A stretch of 63,352 nucleotides of DNA, filler included, from Octopus bimaculoides (taxonomy: Eukaryota): the NCBI RefSeq assembly GCF_001194135.2. It is 10 parts of 9 records of this genome, joined end to end, with 100 filler letters (N's around TTAATTAATTAA, not from the genome) between each part and the next. Parts side by side here need not be neighbours in the genome. Positions count along the whole stretch, not along the records: positions 1 to 6,921 come from NC_068985.1; positions 7,022 to 13,839 come from NC_069000.1; 8 more parts are not named here. One strand, 5' to 3'. Below are positions 1-10,939 of this stretch, one piece after another (position 1 is the stretch's first letter; each line of letters starts with the position of its first letter). A model generated the notes under the pieces. The model was given only the letters and a program-made list of their open reading frames with translations. It had not been told where the DNA came from and searched no databases. Made by a program: the position numbers and the translations under genes.

Positions 1-162
1 TGGGCACTGCACACATCCTATGCAAAACACTTTCAATGCAGTAACCATAAGAGCACCACAGCAAGCCACAGCACATACCCAAGGCGCACAGAGCTGCGCT
101 CGGTAGTGAAGTGAAAGCACGTTATAAAAATAAAACTACTGAATAATAATAATAATAATAAT

Positions 163-163
<1 letters not shown>
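1..163 (+). mobile_element. 3' end of an R4/Dong-like (RLE-clade) non-LTR retrotransposon
   Basis: Bases 3-44 read GTAHILCKTLSMQ*, matching the (LL)GTAHILRxxLS C-terminus typical of R4/Dong-type ORFs; followed by a short 3' UTR, AATAAA-like signal and (AAT)n tail at about 142-163. Confidence 0.7.
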
Positions 164-207
<44 letters not shown>

Positions 208-208
<1 letters not shown>

Positions 209-390
209 TCGAAAAATACCCTAGGAATGAGAACCCAGGTTCGAAATTTCCCCAAGACACTTGAAGAAGGCTGGAGGGTATATCAGCCGAAACGTTGTGT
301 TAACAACAAACAAGATGACGACAAATATCCATCAAATGTAAATAATGTAAATAATGCACAAATTCCTCGTCTCTTAAATATAGAACTGTA
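208..390 (+). mobile_element. Body of hammerhead-bearing short repeat, copy 1 (Penelope-like terminal region)
   Basis: Close reverse-complement match to 2717-2902; preceded by (AAT)n(AAC)n; contains the TGAAGA...CGAAACGT signature seen in Penelope-like element termini. Confidence 0.7.
256..301 (+). ncRNA. Minimal type I hammerhead ribozyme-like motif (C3 replaced by U)
   Basis: GACAC (stem I) TTGAAGA + extra A, GGCTG-gagggtatat-CAGCC (stem II), GAAA, self-complementary ACGT (stem III), T, GTGTT (stem I partner). Fold seen directly; activity not shown. Confidence 0.55.
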
Positions 391-551
391 TTATTTTACA
401 CCTTAACACATCTAATCTGAATATGCTTAAAAATAAAATTAAAATATTTTGCATGGAAATATTTTGTCGTTCAATCCATCCTTCAGTTGCCTCTGATGTG
501 ACTCATGTCAACTTTTATATAAGCACGTTTTAAATCTAGCCGGCATGATAA

Positions 552-1352
552 AAAATTAAATTGAATATAATAAATTAGCGTGATGTATTGATTATAAGGT
601 ACCAACACTTTAAATACAAATCATTCCTATATGCTAACTACACCTAAATTTTCAATAGACACATAGTTAAACTGTCATACTCTACCATAACTAAAATTGC
701 TAAATATGTATCCAAGTTAAATATATAGTAAATTAAACGATGCAATTTATAATACTATAATGACTGACCGTCCATCTAAGACTACAACTCTTAGCCACCC
801 AAATATCTGCAGTATAAGATCTCCTGCAAATAATCATATTAAAGTACCCGATTCTAATAATAGAACTATTAATGATTGTCAAGCTGAACCCATCATACCT
901 ATTAATAATCAGGTTGACATTTCTCTATGTAACTTTCATAGTAAATTACTGTGTCCCCTTAATAACTAGTGCCTTAAGAAAAATATAGTGCATAAGTGGT
1001 CCATTACCACTCTTGCTAAAGGCTATTTTTATTTTGGTTCGTCCTCTTTCTCATGCAAACTTCGCTAGCATAATCACAAATTTACATATAGGCATAAAGA
1101 AAAAGCTAATAGTACATCTCTAGCTAAGTTTGTACATTCTCTCACTGATGGTAGTTTCAATTTAGAATTGCTTGGTCTATTCTATGTAATGCATAACCAT
1201 GTAAAGGTGGCGTTGGATGGTGTGGGCTCTGTGTATTTGAGGCATTCCCTATTCATAAAATTAAATTGAATATAATAAATTAGCGTGATGTATTGATTAT
1301 AAGGTACCAACACTTTAAATACAAATCATTCCTATATGCTAACTACACCTAA
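552..1352 (+). mobile_element. Degenerate Penelope-like element, GIY-YIG endonuclease region, bounded by a 96-bp direct repeat
   Basis: Broken frames read LCNFHSKLLCPLNN*CLKKNIVHK, YFGSSSFSCKLR*HNHKFTYRHKEKANSTSLAKFVHSL and KGGVGWCGLCVFE, paralleling the CNC..CPL..CL..IVY, YIG..R..NH..ST.L.K and C.LC.E motifs of PLE endonucleases. 552-647 and 1257-1352 are identical. Confidence 0.65.
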
Positions 1353-2320
1353 CCTTACACTGAATTATTACACCTACACTAATAAAATTTATAACCTAGA
1401 TCAATGCAGTTGAATAATTCCCTACCTGGTTTAACCATAATTTGGAAACACTTTAGTACAGATTATGTATTTAGACTATATTCATTATTCTGATATTTGT
1501 AAAAATATTTATTACTTTTTAATGCCAACACCTTAATTCAAATTGTTCTTGTGTGCTAGCTATATCTAACCTTACACTTAATTTTTAAACCTACTCTAAT
1601 AAACTTTATAACCTAAATCAATACAAATGAATGATTCCCTACCTCCGTTNNNNNNNNNNNNNNNNNNNNNNNNNNNNNNNNNNNNNNNNNNNNNNNNNNN
1701 NNNNNNNNNNNNNNNNNNNNNNNTTATAACCTAGATCAATGCAGTTGAATAATTCCCTATCTCGGTTAACCGTTCTTAGCAATAAATAGTGTTTTAAACC
1801 ATATTCAGAGATTCTGCTATTTGTAAAAGTACTTTTTACCCATTGATGTACAACATTCCATTCTATTATACCCATATTCAATGCCTGGACTATTTATTGC
1901 ATATTATTGATCCAGACATTTTACTACCTAGATCAATACAATTGAATAATTTCCCTACCTTGTTAACTATAATTTGTTCTCACCTTAGTGATAGATAACA
2001 TATTAGACCATATTCAGACGTTCTGCTAATTATAAAAATACCTATTACCCATTGGTGTTAGCACCTTCGATACAAATCGTCCCTATATACTAACTATACT
2101 TAACCTTACACTTAATTTTTAAACCTACTCTAATAAACTTTATAACCTAAATCAATACAAATGAATGATTCCCTACCTCCGTTAACCATAATTTGGTTTC
2201 ACCTTAGTAATAGATAATCTATTACATCATATTCAGACATTCTGCTATTTGTAAAAATAACTTTTTACCCACTGATGTATAACATTCCAGTCTACCATAC
2301 CTTATCTAATGCTTGAACTA
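1353..2320. repeat. AT-rich tandem repeat, about 200-220 bp unit, 4-5 diverged copies
   Basis: Anchor ATAACCTA(G/A)ATCAAT..A.TTGAAT(A/G)ATTCCCTA recurs near 1391, 1608, 1726, 1924 and 2142. Confidence 0.8.
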
Positions 2321-2806
2321 CTTTTTTTTTTTACATATTATTGAAGTTGTTACCCTCTAATGACCGAATGGTCCTGTAGTTTTACACCTCGAAACATCTA
2401 TGCATTCCTGTTTGCCTCTATGTTAGATATTGCTTTTTATTTTTTCATTATTATATATGATTCATTAGTTTTTCGTTTATAATCCAGTAGGCAGGTTCAG
2501 TATAATAAAAATGTTTTCTTTTCAGCATTATGGACTGGCTCTATGTTTATAGCCATAAGCCATAAGCTTCACTGTGAGTCCGTATACATATTTGTTATAT
2601 TATATGCGTATATACATGTAGGTATTTGTATGTATCTATATGTCTGTACGTATATGTGTACGTACGTGTGTGTGTGTGTGTATATGCTTGTATTCTGTTA
2701 CAAATGTATATATGCATACAGTTCTATATTTAAGAGATGAGGAATTATGTACATTATTTACATTATTTAGATTCGACGGGTATTTGCCCTCATCTTGTTT
2801 GTTGTT

Positions 2807-2852
2807 AACACAACGTTTCGGCTGATATACCCTCCAGCCTTCTTCATGTGTC
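2807..2852 (-). ncRNA. Minimal type I hammerhead ribozyme-like motif (C3 replaced by A)
   Basis: Minus strand GACAC ATGAAGA A GGCTG gagggtatat CAGCC GAAA CGT T GTGTT; same stems as copy 1. Confidence 0.55.
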
Positions 2853-2913
2853 TTGGGGAAAATTTCGAACCTGAGTTCTTATTCCTAAGGTATTTTTCGA
2901 CGTTATTTATTAC

Positions 2914-2959
<46 letters not shown>

Positions 2960-3032
2960 GTTCAGGTCACTGCTTGGAATCGAACTCGGAATCTTGAGGT
3001 TAGTAGCCCGCGCTCTTAACCACTACGCCATA
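2960..3032 (-). promoter_or_regulatory. tRNA-derived SINE head with Pol III A and B boxes (not a functional tRNA)
   Basis: A box TGGCGTAGTGG (3030-3020) and B box AGTTCGATTCC (2986-2976); anticodon and T stems are mispaired. Confidence 0.7.
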
Positions 3033-3500
3033 NNNNNNNNNNNNNNNNNNNNNNNNNNNNNNNNNNNNNNNNNNNNNNNNNNNNNNNNNNNNNNNNNNNN
3101 NNNNNNNNNNNNNNNNNNNNNNNNNNNNNNNNNNNNNNNNNNNNNNNNNNNNNNNNNNNNNNNNNNNNNNNNNNNNNNNNNNNNNNNNNNNNNNNNNNNN
3201 NNNNNNNNNNNNNNNNNNNNNNNNNNNNNNNNNNNNNNNNNNNNNNNNNNNNNNNNNNNNNNNNNNNNNNNNNNNNNNNNNNNNNNNNNNNNNNNNNNNN
3301 NNNNNNNNNNNNNNNNNNNNNNNNNNNNNNNNNNNNNNNNNNNNNNNNNNNNNNNNNNNNNNNNNNNNNNNNNNNNNNNNNNNNNNNNNNNNNNNNNNNN
3401 NNNNNNNNNNNNNNNNNNNNNNNNNNNNNNNNNNNNNNNNNNNNNNNNNNNNNNNNNNNNNNNNNNNNNNNNNNNNNNNNNNNNNNNNNNNNNNNNNNNN

Positions 3501-3965
3501 AATGGGTAATAGGTATTTTTATAATTAGCAGAACGTCTGAATATGGTCTAATATGTTATCTATCACTAAGGTGAGAACAAATTATAGTTAACAAGGTAGG
3601 GAAATTATTCAATTGTATTGATCTAGGTAGTAAAATGTCTGGATCAATAATATGCAATAAATAGTCCAGGCATTGAATATGGGTATAATAGAATGGAATG
3701 TTGTACATCAATGGGTAAAAAGTACTTTTACAAATAGCAGAATCTCTGAATATGGTTTAAAACACTATTTATTGCTAAGAACGGTTAACCGAGATAGGGA
3801 ATTATTCATTTTCATTGATGTAAATTGTAAAGTTTATTGGTGTAGGTGTAGTAAGTGTAAGGTTAGATATAGCTAGCACACAAGAACAATTTGAATTAAG
3901 GTGTTGGCATTAAAGAGTAATAAATATTTTTATAAATATCAGAATGATGAATATAGTCCAATACA
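3501..3965 (-). repeat. Inverted copy of the 1353-2320 satellite
   Basis: 3501-3808 is the reverse complement of about 1746-2053 (the ORF track shows the same peptide MNMGIIEW...DRELF on both strands); 3830-3965 matches about 1465-1580 less exactly. Confidence 0.85.
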
Positions 3966-3973
3966 TTCCACGT

Positions 3974-4015
<42 letters not shown>

Positions 4016-4646
4016 CAACGTTCTTTTTTGAAATCTATAGCGTCCTGGATTGGTCAGCAACTGAACTTCATAGTATACCATCATTATTTTTGAATTAATT
4101 TACCNNNNNNNNNNNNNNNNNNNNNNNNNNNNNNNNNNNNNNNNNNNNNNNNNNNNNNNNNNNNNNNNNNNNNNNNNNNNNNNNNNNNNNNNNNNNNNNN
4201 NNNNNNNNNNNNNNNNNNNNNNNNNNNNNNNNNNNNNNNNNNNNNNNNNNNNNNNNNNNNNNNNNNNNNNNNNNNNNNNNNNNNNNNNNNNNNNNNNNNN
4301 NNNNNNNNNNNNNNNNNNNNNNNNNNNNNNNNNNNNNNNNNNNNNNNNNNNNNNNNNNNNNNNNNNNNNNNNNNNNNNNNNNNNNNNNNNNNNNNNNNNN
4401 NNNNNNNNNNNNNNNNNNNNNNNNNNNNNNNNNNNNNNNNNNNNNNNNNNNNNNNNNNNNNNNNNNNNNNNNNNNNNNNNNNNNNNNNNNNNNNNNNNNN
4501 NNNNNNNNNNNNNNNNNNNNNNNNNNNNNNNNNNNNNNNNNNNNNNNNNNNNNNNNNNNNNNNNNNNNNNNNNNNNNNNNNNNNNNNNNNNNNNNNNNNN
4601 NNNNNNNNNNNNNNNNNNNNNNNNNNNNNNNNNNNNNNNNNNNNNN

Positions 4647-4942
4647 NNNNNNNNNNCGAAAACACCTAAAGCTCCACGAGGCTCCGGTAGGGGATGGTGG
4701 CGAACCCTGCTGTACTCTTTCACCACAACTTTCTCTCACTCTTACTTCCTGTTTCCGTTGTGCCTGTAATTCAAAGGGTCAACCTTGTCACACTGTGTCA
4801 CGCTGAATATTCCCGAGAACTACGTTAAGGGTACACGTGTCTGTGGAGTGCTCAGCCACTTGCACGTTAATTTCTCGAGCAGGCTGTTCCGTTGATCGGA
4901 TCAACTGGAATCCGCGACGTCGTAAGCGACGGAGTGCCAACA
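4647..4942 (+). mobile_element. SINE family B, 3' portion
   Basis: Reverse-complement homolog of 17622-17917; ends GGAGTGCCAACA before a microsatellite. Confidence 0.7.
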
Positions 4943-5209
4943 TGTATGTATGTATGTATCTGTATTTCTATCGCCATGTTTGTTTGCATTTATATTTTTC
5001 TATAAGTATCTCTTGATTTATATGTAAATTTTTTACATATCTGCGTGTTTATATATGCATGAGTGTTTGTGCATGAGTGTGTGTACGTGTGTGTGCAGAT
5101 TTGTATGTTTTGCCTTGTGTATGTATTCTCATGTATATAGTTGCATATTTAGACATGCTCATATATACTTAAATGATAAACTTTAGGAACGTCTTACAGA
5201 TTTTTACAG

Positions 5210-5335
5210 TTCCAGTAATGGGTTATATCTGCAGTCTTCGAATCAGCTTTCTCCTTTCTGGTTTTGATAAACCTAATTTATCATGTCTGGTATTTAGGCA
5301 GTGTATTACATATCCCAGTGCACCAATAACTACAG
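5210..5335 (+). CDS. Candidate symmetric phase 1-1 exon (xPVMGYICSLRISFLLSGFDKPNLSCLVFRQCITYPSAPITT)
   Basis: tttttacag acceptor, AG/gtataa donor, 126 nt, only the phase 1 frame is open, three Cys. No family recognised. Confidence 0.3.
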
Positions 5336-5452
5336 GTATAAACCACACACACAAGAACGCACGCACAAAAAATAATGGGAAGCTGTGGGTCGTTCGTATT
5401 GATTCATTTGTATACAGCTGTTTCTATTTTCGAGAAAAGTTTTTAGCACTAT

Positions 5453-5728
5453 CAGGGGTTTTCAACCATTTTTTATGTATGGACCCCTTTGATTACTCTT
5501 TCATTCTGGTGGACTCCCATAACCATTCAATGTTTAAAAACCAGTTTTATAGATACTTCTTCCAAAATTCCCATTTTGTTTCTCTCACATTAACTTGAGT
5601 AAGGTTGAACTATGAGAAATATTAAAGAAAGAAACCTAACCTTAATTTACTTTTTTGTTGTGTTAACCCCCAGAAAACTTATAGGAAAACTCTTAGGAGC
5701 CACATGGATCCCCAGTTAAGAACCACTG
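5453..5728. mobile_element. hAT (Charlie-like) MITE relic
   Basis: Imperfect TIRs CAGGGGTTTTCAACC ... GTTAAGAACCACTG; no intact 8-bp TSD. Confidence 0.5.
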
Positions 5729-6263
5729 GTCTATACTTATTCAACTAATGTAAGAGACTGCCCTTAGATTCAAATGATTTTTCAAATGCAACTCAGCAAC
5801 AATTTCTTTTGTTTTGGAAAATTGTATTCAAAATATGAGTATTGAACCTGGTTTAAATATCTTACTTTTAACCAAAATCACAGCCCCTCCTAAGCACCCA
5901 GTTTGGTGTTGCCAATGACATTTGCCTCCCACTTCGGGAGCGCTACCACACAGATGAAGAAACAGCATAAAATGAAAATTGCTTAAATGAGAGTGAACGT
6001 ACGCATGCGCTTCGAGTGCCGGCATTTGTATTTGTGTGAGGAGATGTGGGAAAGGGTGTTATATATGTTTTGGCTTTCAGCTACAATTTTATTCGTTGCA
6101 GATGAATAATATTCTTTGATTCTTTTATTGGTTTTCTACGGTGACGTTGGGGAAGTGCTTATCTCTCTCTCTCACACACACACACACAAACTATATATAT
6201 ATATAGTATAGGCATTTGTATATATGTGTGTTTGTTTATATATATATATATAGATAGATAGAT

Positions 6264-6308
<45 letters not shown>

Positions 6309-6317
6309 GAAAGAGAA

Positions 6318-6349
<32 letters not shown>

Positions 6350-6562
6350 GTGGATGGATAGATGAATATACACATACATACATACGTACATACATATACA
6401 CACACTGGAGAGACAAAGGAGACAGTTAATGAGAGATGCTTCAATGAGTAAACTCGATCTGCTAGAGATAACACCCAAATCTCCATCAAATCATACTCTA
6501 ACTCTCTGTAAAAAGAACACATTGGATACTGTGGTCCTAAGTACATAAATATTTATATACTC

Positions 6563-6921
6563 TTTTACTTGTTTCAGTCATTTGGCTGCGGCCATGCTGG
6601 AGCACCGCCTTTAGACGAACAATTCGATCCCAGGACTTATTCTTTGTAAGCCTAGTACTTATTCTATCGGTCTCTTTTGCCGAACCGCTAAGTTACGGGG
6701 ATGTAAAGACACCACCATCGGTTATCAAGCGATGGGGGTCGGGGGACAAACACAGACACACAAACACACATACATATATATATATATATACATATATACG
6801 ACGGGCTTCTTTCAGTTTCCGTCTACCAAATTCACTCACAAGGCTTTGGTCGGCCCGAGGCTATAGAAGACACTTGCACAAGGTGCCACGCAGTGGGACT
6901 GAACCTGGAACCATGTGGTTG
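6563..6921 (-). mobile_element. SINE family A (octopus OR1-like, from recollection), near full length
   Basis: Homologous to 38495-38705, 21480-21700, 28520-28880, 7640-7780, 43120-43280 and 58020-58080; internal CA/TA microsatellite; tRNA-like head toward 6921. Confidence 0.75.
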
Positions 6922-7024
6922 NNNNNNNNNNNNNNNNNNNNNNNNNNNNNNNNNNNNNNNNNNNNTTAATTAATTAANNNNNNNNNNNNNNNNNNNNNNN
7001 NNNNNNNNNNNNNNNNNNNNNATA

Positions 7025-7640
7025 TATACAGGGTAAAGGCTAAAAACCCCTCTTCGGTCATTAATGGCCGTGGGATTGAACCTAGAAAGAATGATCATGG
7101 GATTGCACCGAGGCACAAGTCCAGGCAAAGTTGTTTTATGGAAGACCAGCAGTCCCCCAAGCATACCGGCCTTCCCTCTGCACGTCACCAATGTTACCCA
7201 AGGAAAAGGCAAAGACCGATACAGCTTGGCACCAGTGACGTCACAACTCATTTCTACAGCTGAATGAACTGGAACAACATGAAATAGCCTTGCTCAAGAA
7301 CTGACTAACTCGTGATTGTGAACCCGACACTCTAACCATGCGCCACTGTATCATCGTATCAACCAGACTATCGAATGTTGTTATACACCGCTGTTTACAA
7401 TACTTTTCCTCGCATTGTTGTAGTTTTCCAGTGATGCGATGCCGCTGGCTAGGCGGGTAGCCCAGCATTCCTCATGAACGGAATGCTAGTTCGACGCAGA
7501 GTTACCTGTTTACAAATGAGTGGACACATCACTTTAAGAGTTTTGCTCAAAAACACACTGCACTGCCAGTCTGAGAATCGAAACTACGATTTTGCGATCG
7601 TGAATGCAACACACTAACCACACGACCGCGTGTCCCCCCC
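7025..7640 (-). mobile_element. Nested SINE remnants
   Basis: Reverse strand shows B-box-like GTTCGATT/GTTCACAATC heads and a TTGAGCAAG..CTCCAGTTCA..CAGCTG body shared with 18985-19215. Confidence 0.5.
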
Positions 7641-8636
7641 CCACTCCCTACATAGTTTCTATCCACCAAATTCACTCATGTCATTATTCGGCCCTGGGCT
7701 ACAGTAGAAGACAGTTGCCTAAAGTGCTACCTAGTGGAACTGAACCCGAAACCATGTGACTGCAAGCGAACTGCTTAACCGTAGTTGATGTACGTAAACA
7801 AAAAACAAAAACAAACTAGAGCGTGGAATTACCACTTCTCAGAGAAGACACTTCTTTTCTTATCCCAGTGAAAAACATAGAATATTCATTATTAACGTAT
7901 CTTTGTTATCGTTATCTAATGTTATTTTTGTAGTTTTCTTACAATTGTTAATTACATTCTTTTATTTAATGCAAATGCCCCTGTTTTTCTTGCTTTATTT
8001 TGTTTGCTTTTTGTATTTGTATCCCGTCATTGGATTGCTTGTCTCTCAACATTATAGACCCTTGTGGCTAATGAGAGAAACCGTTATTATTATTATTTAC
8101 ATTATAGAAATTGTAGAAGAATAATTTTAACCGTGCAAAAACATACAAAACTGTTGAATTCAATTTTATTCCCGTTCATTTCTTAATAGTTCGACCTATC
8201 GCCGAAGTGTCAAAAAAGGTTTCGCCGCATTTCTGCGAAGACATATTCTACCGCATTTTCAATGGAAACTGTGTCAATGACCAGACAGTTCCGTAGTTAG
8301 AGAAATGAGCTAGGGGTCGGGTGTGGGAAGGTTGAGTGAGTCGGCAAAATCAAGGACCGTCCTGGGCAGCACATACTCTTGTTACGTCAGTTTAATAGGT
8401 CGTACTATCAAAGAATAAACGAAAAGTGGCTATAAAACCTTGTAACGTTTATGTCTTTGTTTTGCAAGATTCCTGAAGTGAAATCGTTTGTTGAAACAGG
8501 TCAATAGAAAAAGACAGCTACCCAAAAGTATCGTTTAACGGAACTAAACTCAAAATCACATAGGTATAAGGTAAACTTAACTTTTTAATAGCATAACAAC
8601 AAAATTCGTATCCGCTTTTAAAACTGTTAATAGCCA

Positions 8637-9021
8637 GGATCTTTCTGAATTGACGGGCACCACTTGTTTTCACAACGAAACACTCTCAAACTTACTTGTG
8701 TGTGTGTGTGAATCTATGTATTTACGGAGGTATGTACGCAGCATCGCCTGTATATGACAGCTGTATAAACGTTAACACCCCATTGCCACTCCATATTTGT
8801 CGCTTACACAACGCTATTCTCCCCTTCCCTGATATCAGTCACACTCACTATGCTAATACATTTCCCTCGCACTAAAACTCTTTGTACCCTTCTCATTTTA
8901 TCCTATGATAGCCCAAGGGAGCCCATTATAGTGGAATACTGGTAGAATGTGTCATATAAAACATCTTTTTCTCTGTTCTATAATACAAAATATAGTGGTG
9001 CCCGTCAATTCAGAAAGATCC
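8637..9021. mobile_element. MITE with perfect 28-bp TIRs and 8-bp TSD
   Basis: GGATCTTTCTGAATTGACGGGCACCACT (8637-8664) and its exact reverse complement (8994-9021); AATAGCCA at 8629-8636 and 9022-9029. Confidence 0.9.
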
Positions 9022-9440
9022 AATAGCCAAAATAATGCAAGCGAATATTCTCGGCGTTACGTGTTTTAGGATATTTGAAAGAGGCAATGATTAAAACGTA
9101 GAAAGTATTATNNNNNNNNNNNNNNNNNNNNNNNNNNNNNNNNNNNNNNNNNNNNNNNNNNNNNNNNNNNNNNNNNNNNNNNNNNNNNNNNNNNNNNNNN
9201 NNNNNNNNNNNNNNNNNNNNNNNNNNNNNNNNNNNNNNNNNNNNNNNNNNNNNNNNNNNNNNNNNNNNNNNNNNNNNNNNNNNNNNNNNNNNNNNNNNNN
9301 NNNNNNNNNNNNNNNNNNNNNNNNNNNNNNNNNNNNNNNTTCCATCTCTCCCTCATCCCCCTGTCTCTCTCTCTCTCTCCCTTACCGCTTTCTCTCTCTT
9401 TTACCGCTCCTTCTCTTTCTTATCGCTCTCTCTCTCTTAC

Positions 9441-9495
<55 letters not shown>

Positions 9496-9829
9496 GTACC
9501 GTTCTCTCTCTTTCTTACTGTTCTCTCCCTCGCTCGCTTCCTGCTCTCTCTGTTTCCTCCTCTCTCTCTTTTCCTCATCTTCCGCCCATTCCCTGCTTCT
9601 TTTCTTCTTTACTGTTTTATTAATATTTGAGTCCAGGTTTTTTAAATATCTATTTATTTGTCTGTCTCTCTGTTTGTACGTACGTAGGTACTTAGGTATG
9701 TATGTATGTATGTACTAGCTGAATAGTACATACATACATACATACATACATACAATCTTGACGAAACTTTGCATACATGTTAAACTAACATTCAGTTCAA
9801 TTATAGATTAATTGGATTTCAATAAAAGT

Positions 9830-10085
9830 CTATAATGGGCTCCCTTGGGCTATCATAGGATAAAATGAGAAGGGTACAAAGAGTTTTAGTGCGAGGAAAA
9901 TGTATTAGCATAGTGAGTGTGACTGATATCAGGGAAGGGGAGAATAGCTTTGTGTAAGCGACAAATATGGAGTAGCAATGGGGTGTTAACGTTAATACAG
10001 CTGTCATATACACGCAACGCTGCGTACATACCTTCGTAAATACATAGATTCACACACACATACACACACACACACACAAGTAACT
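9830..10085 (-). repeat. Inverted copy of the MITE interior, lacking the TIRs
   Basis: Reverse complement of about 8690-8930 with scattered substitutions. Confidence 0.8.
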
Positions 10086-10188
10086 TTTTAAACTCCAAGG
10101 AAGGAAGAGAAAGGTGGGTGTGAGGAATAGGTAGCCTTAAGGAGAGGGAGAGGGTAGGTGGCTTTTCTGCAAAAAAACACTCACATAG

Positions 10189-10249
<61 letters not shown>

Positions 10250-10388
10250 CATACATGCATACGTACGTACATACATACATACATACATACATATGTCTAC
10301 TGTACACCATTTAAAACTCGTGATTGCCTGGTTCACTGGTGTATGCGGCAAGATGGTAACAGACAGAAATTGCCATTTATGTATAAGA

Positions 10389-10424
<36 letters not shown>

Positions 10425-10633
10425 TTAGCAGTTTGATAGAGATCAATAAAATAAATACCAGATACGAAAATAAGAACTAAGGTCAATATGATTGATAAAA
10501 GCTTTTGGCATGACCACAGTCCAATGACTAAAGTCAATAAAAGAATATTATATATAAATCCTGAAAGAGATGGGATTTTGACAGAAGCTCGCGCGACTTA
10601 AAGTCTCATGGAGCTGAATCAAACTGTGTTAGA

Positions 10634-10686
<53 letters not shown>

Positions 10687-10939
10687 ATATAGATTGTACT
10701 TATTACGGAAGGAGCTGGGAAAGGTCTGATATCAATAGAAGACTGTGTAGAGATGGCAAAACGGAATACGTGAGAAGCAACCCAGAAAGACAGATTTCAG
10801 CTGCCAGAGGAGAGGAGAAAAAAGCTGCGAAAACAGCAACGGAATACGAGAAGAAAAGAAAGCAGGAGCGGGAAAAAAACATCGGGGGCGGGGGGGGGAC
10901 TACAAGGTCAGCATCCCAGACAAACGCAGGACATCGCAA

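Larger units (their letters stand above)
2717..3032 (-). mobile_element. Composite short element, copy 2: tRNA-derived head + (AAT)n + hammerhead-bearing tail
   Basis: Minus strand order: tRNA-like head 3032-2960, (AAT)n 2959-2905, body 2902-2717 homologous to 208-390. The true 5' start is hidden by the gap at 3033. Confidence 0.7.

Noticed and set aside
400-2320. Possible mitochondrial insertion (very AT-rich)
   Set aside because: No mitochondrial gene or rRNA motifs recognised; explained by the Penelope relic and satellite.
2960-3032. Possible tRNA gene
   Set aside because: Anticodon and T stems do not pair and it runs into (AAT)n; SINE head.
6966-6977. TTAATTAATTAA embedded in N-runs (also near 13864-13895, 20274, 22428, 30069, 38790, 47642, 55920, 59704)
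   Set aside because: Identical all-frame-stop 12-mer always flanked by Ns; an assembly gap marker, not biology.
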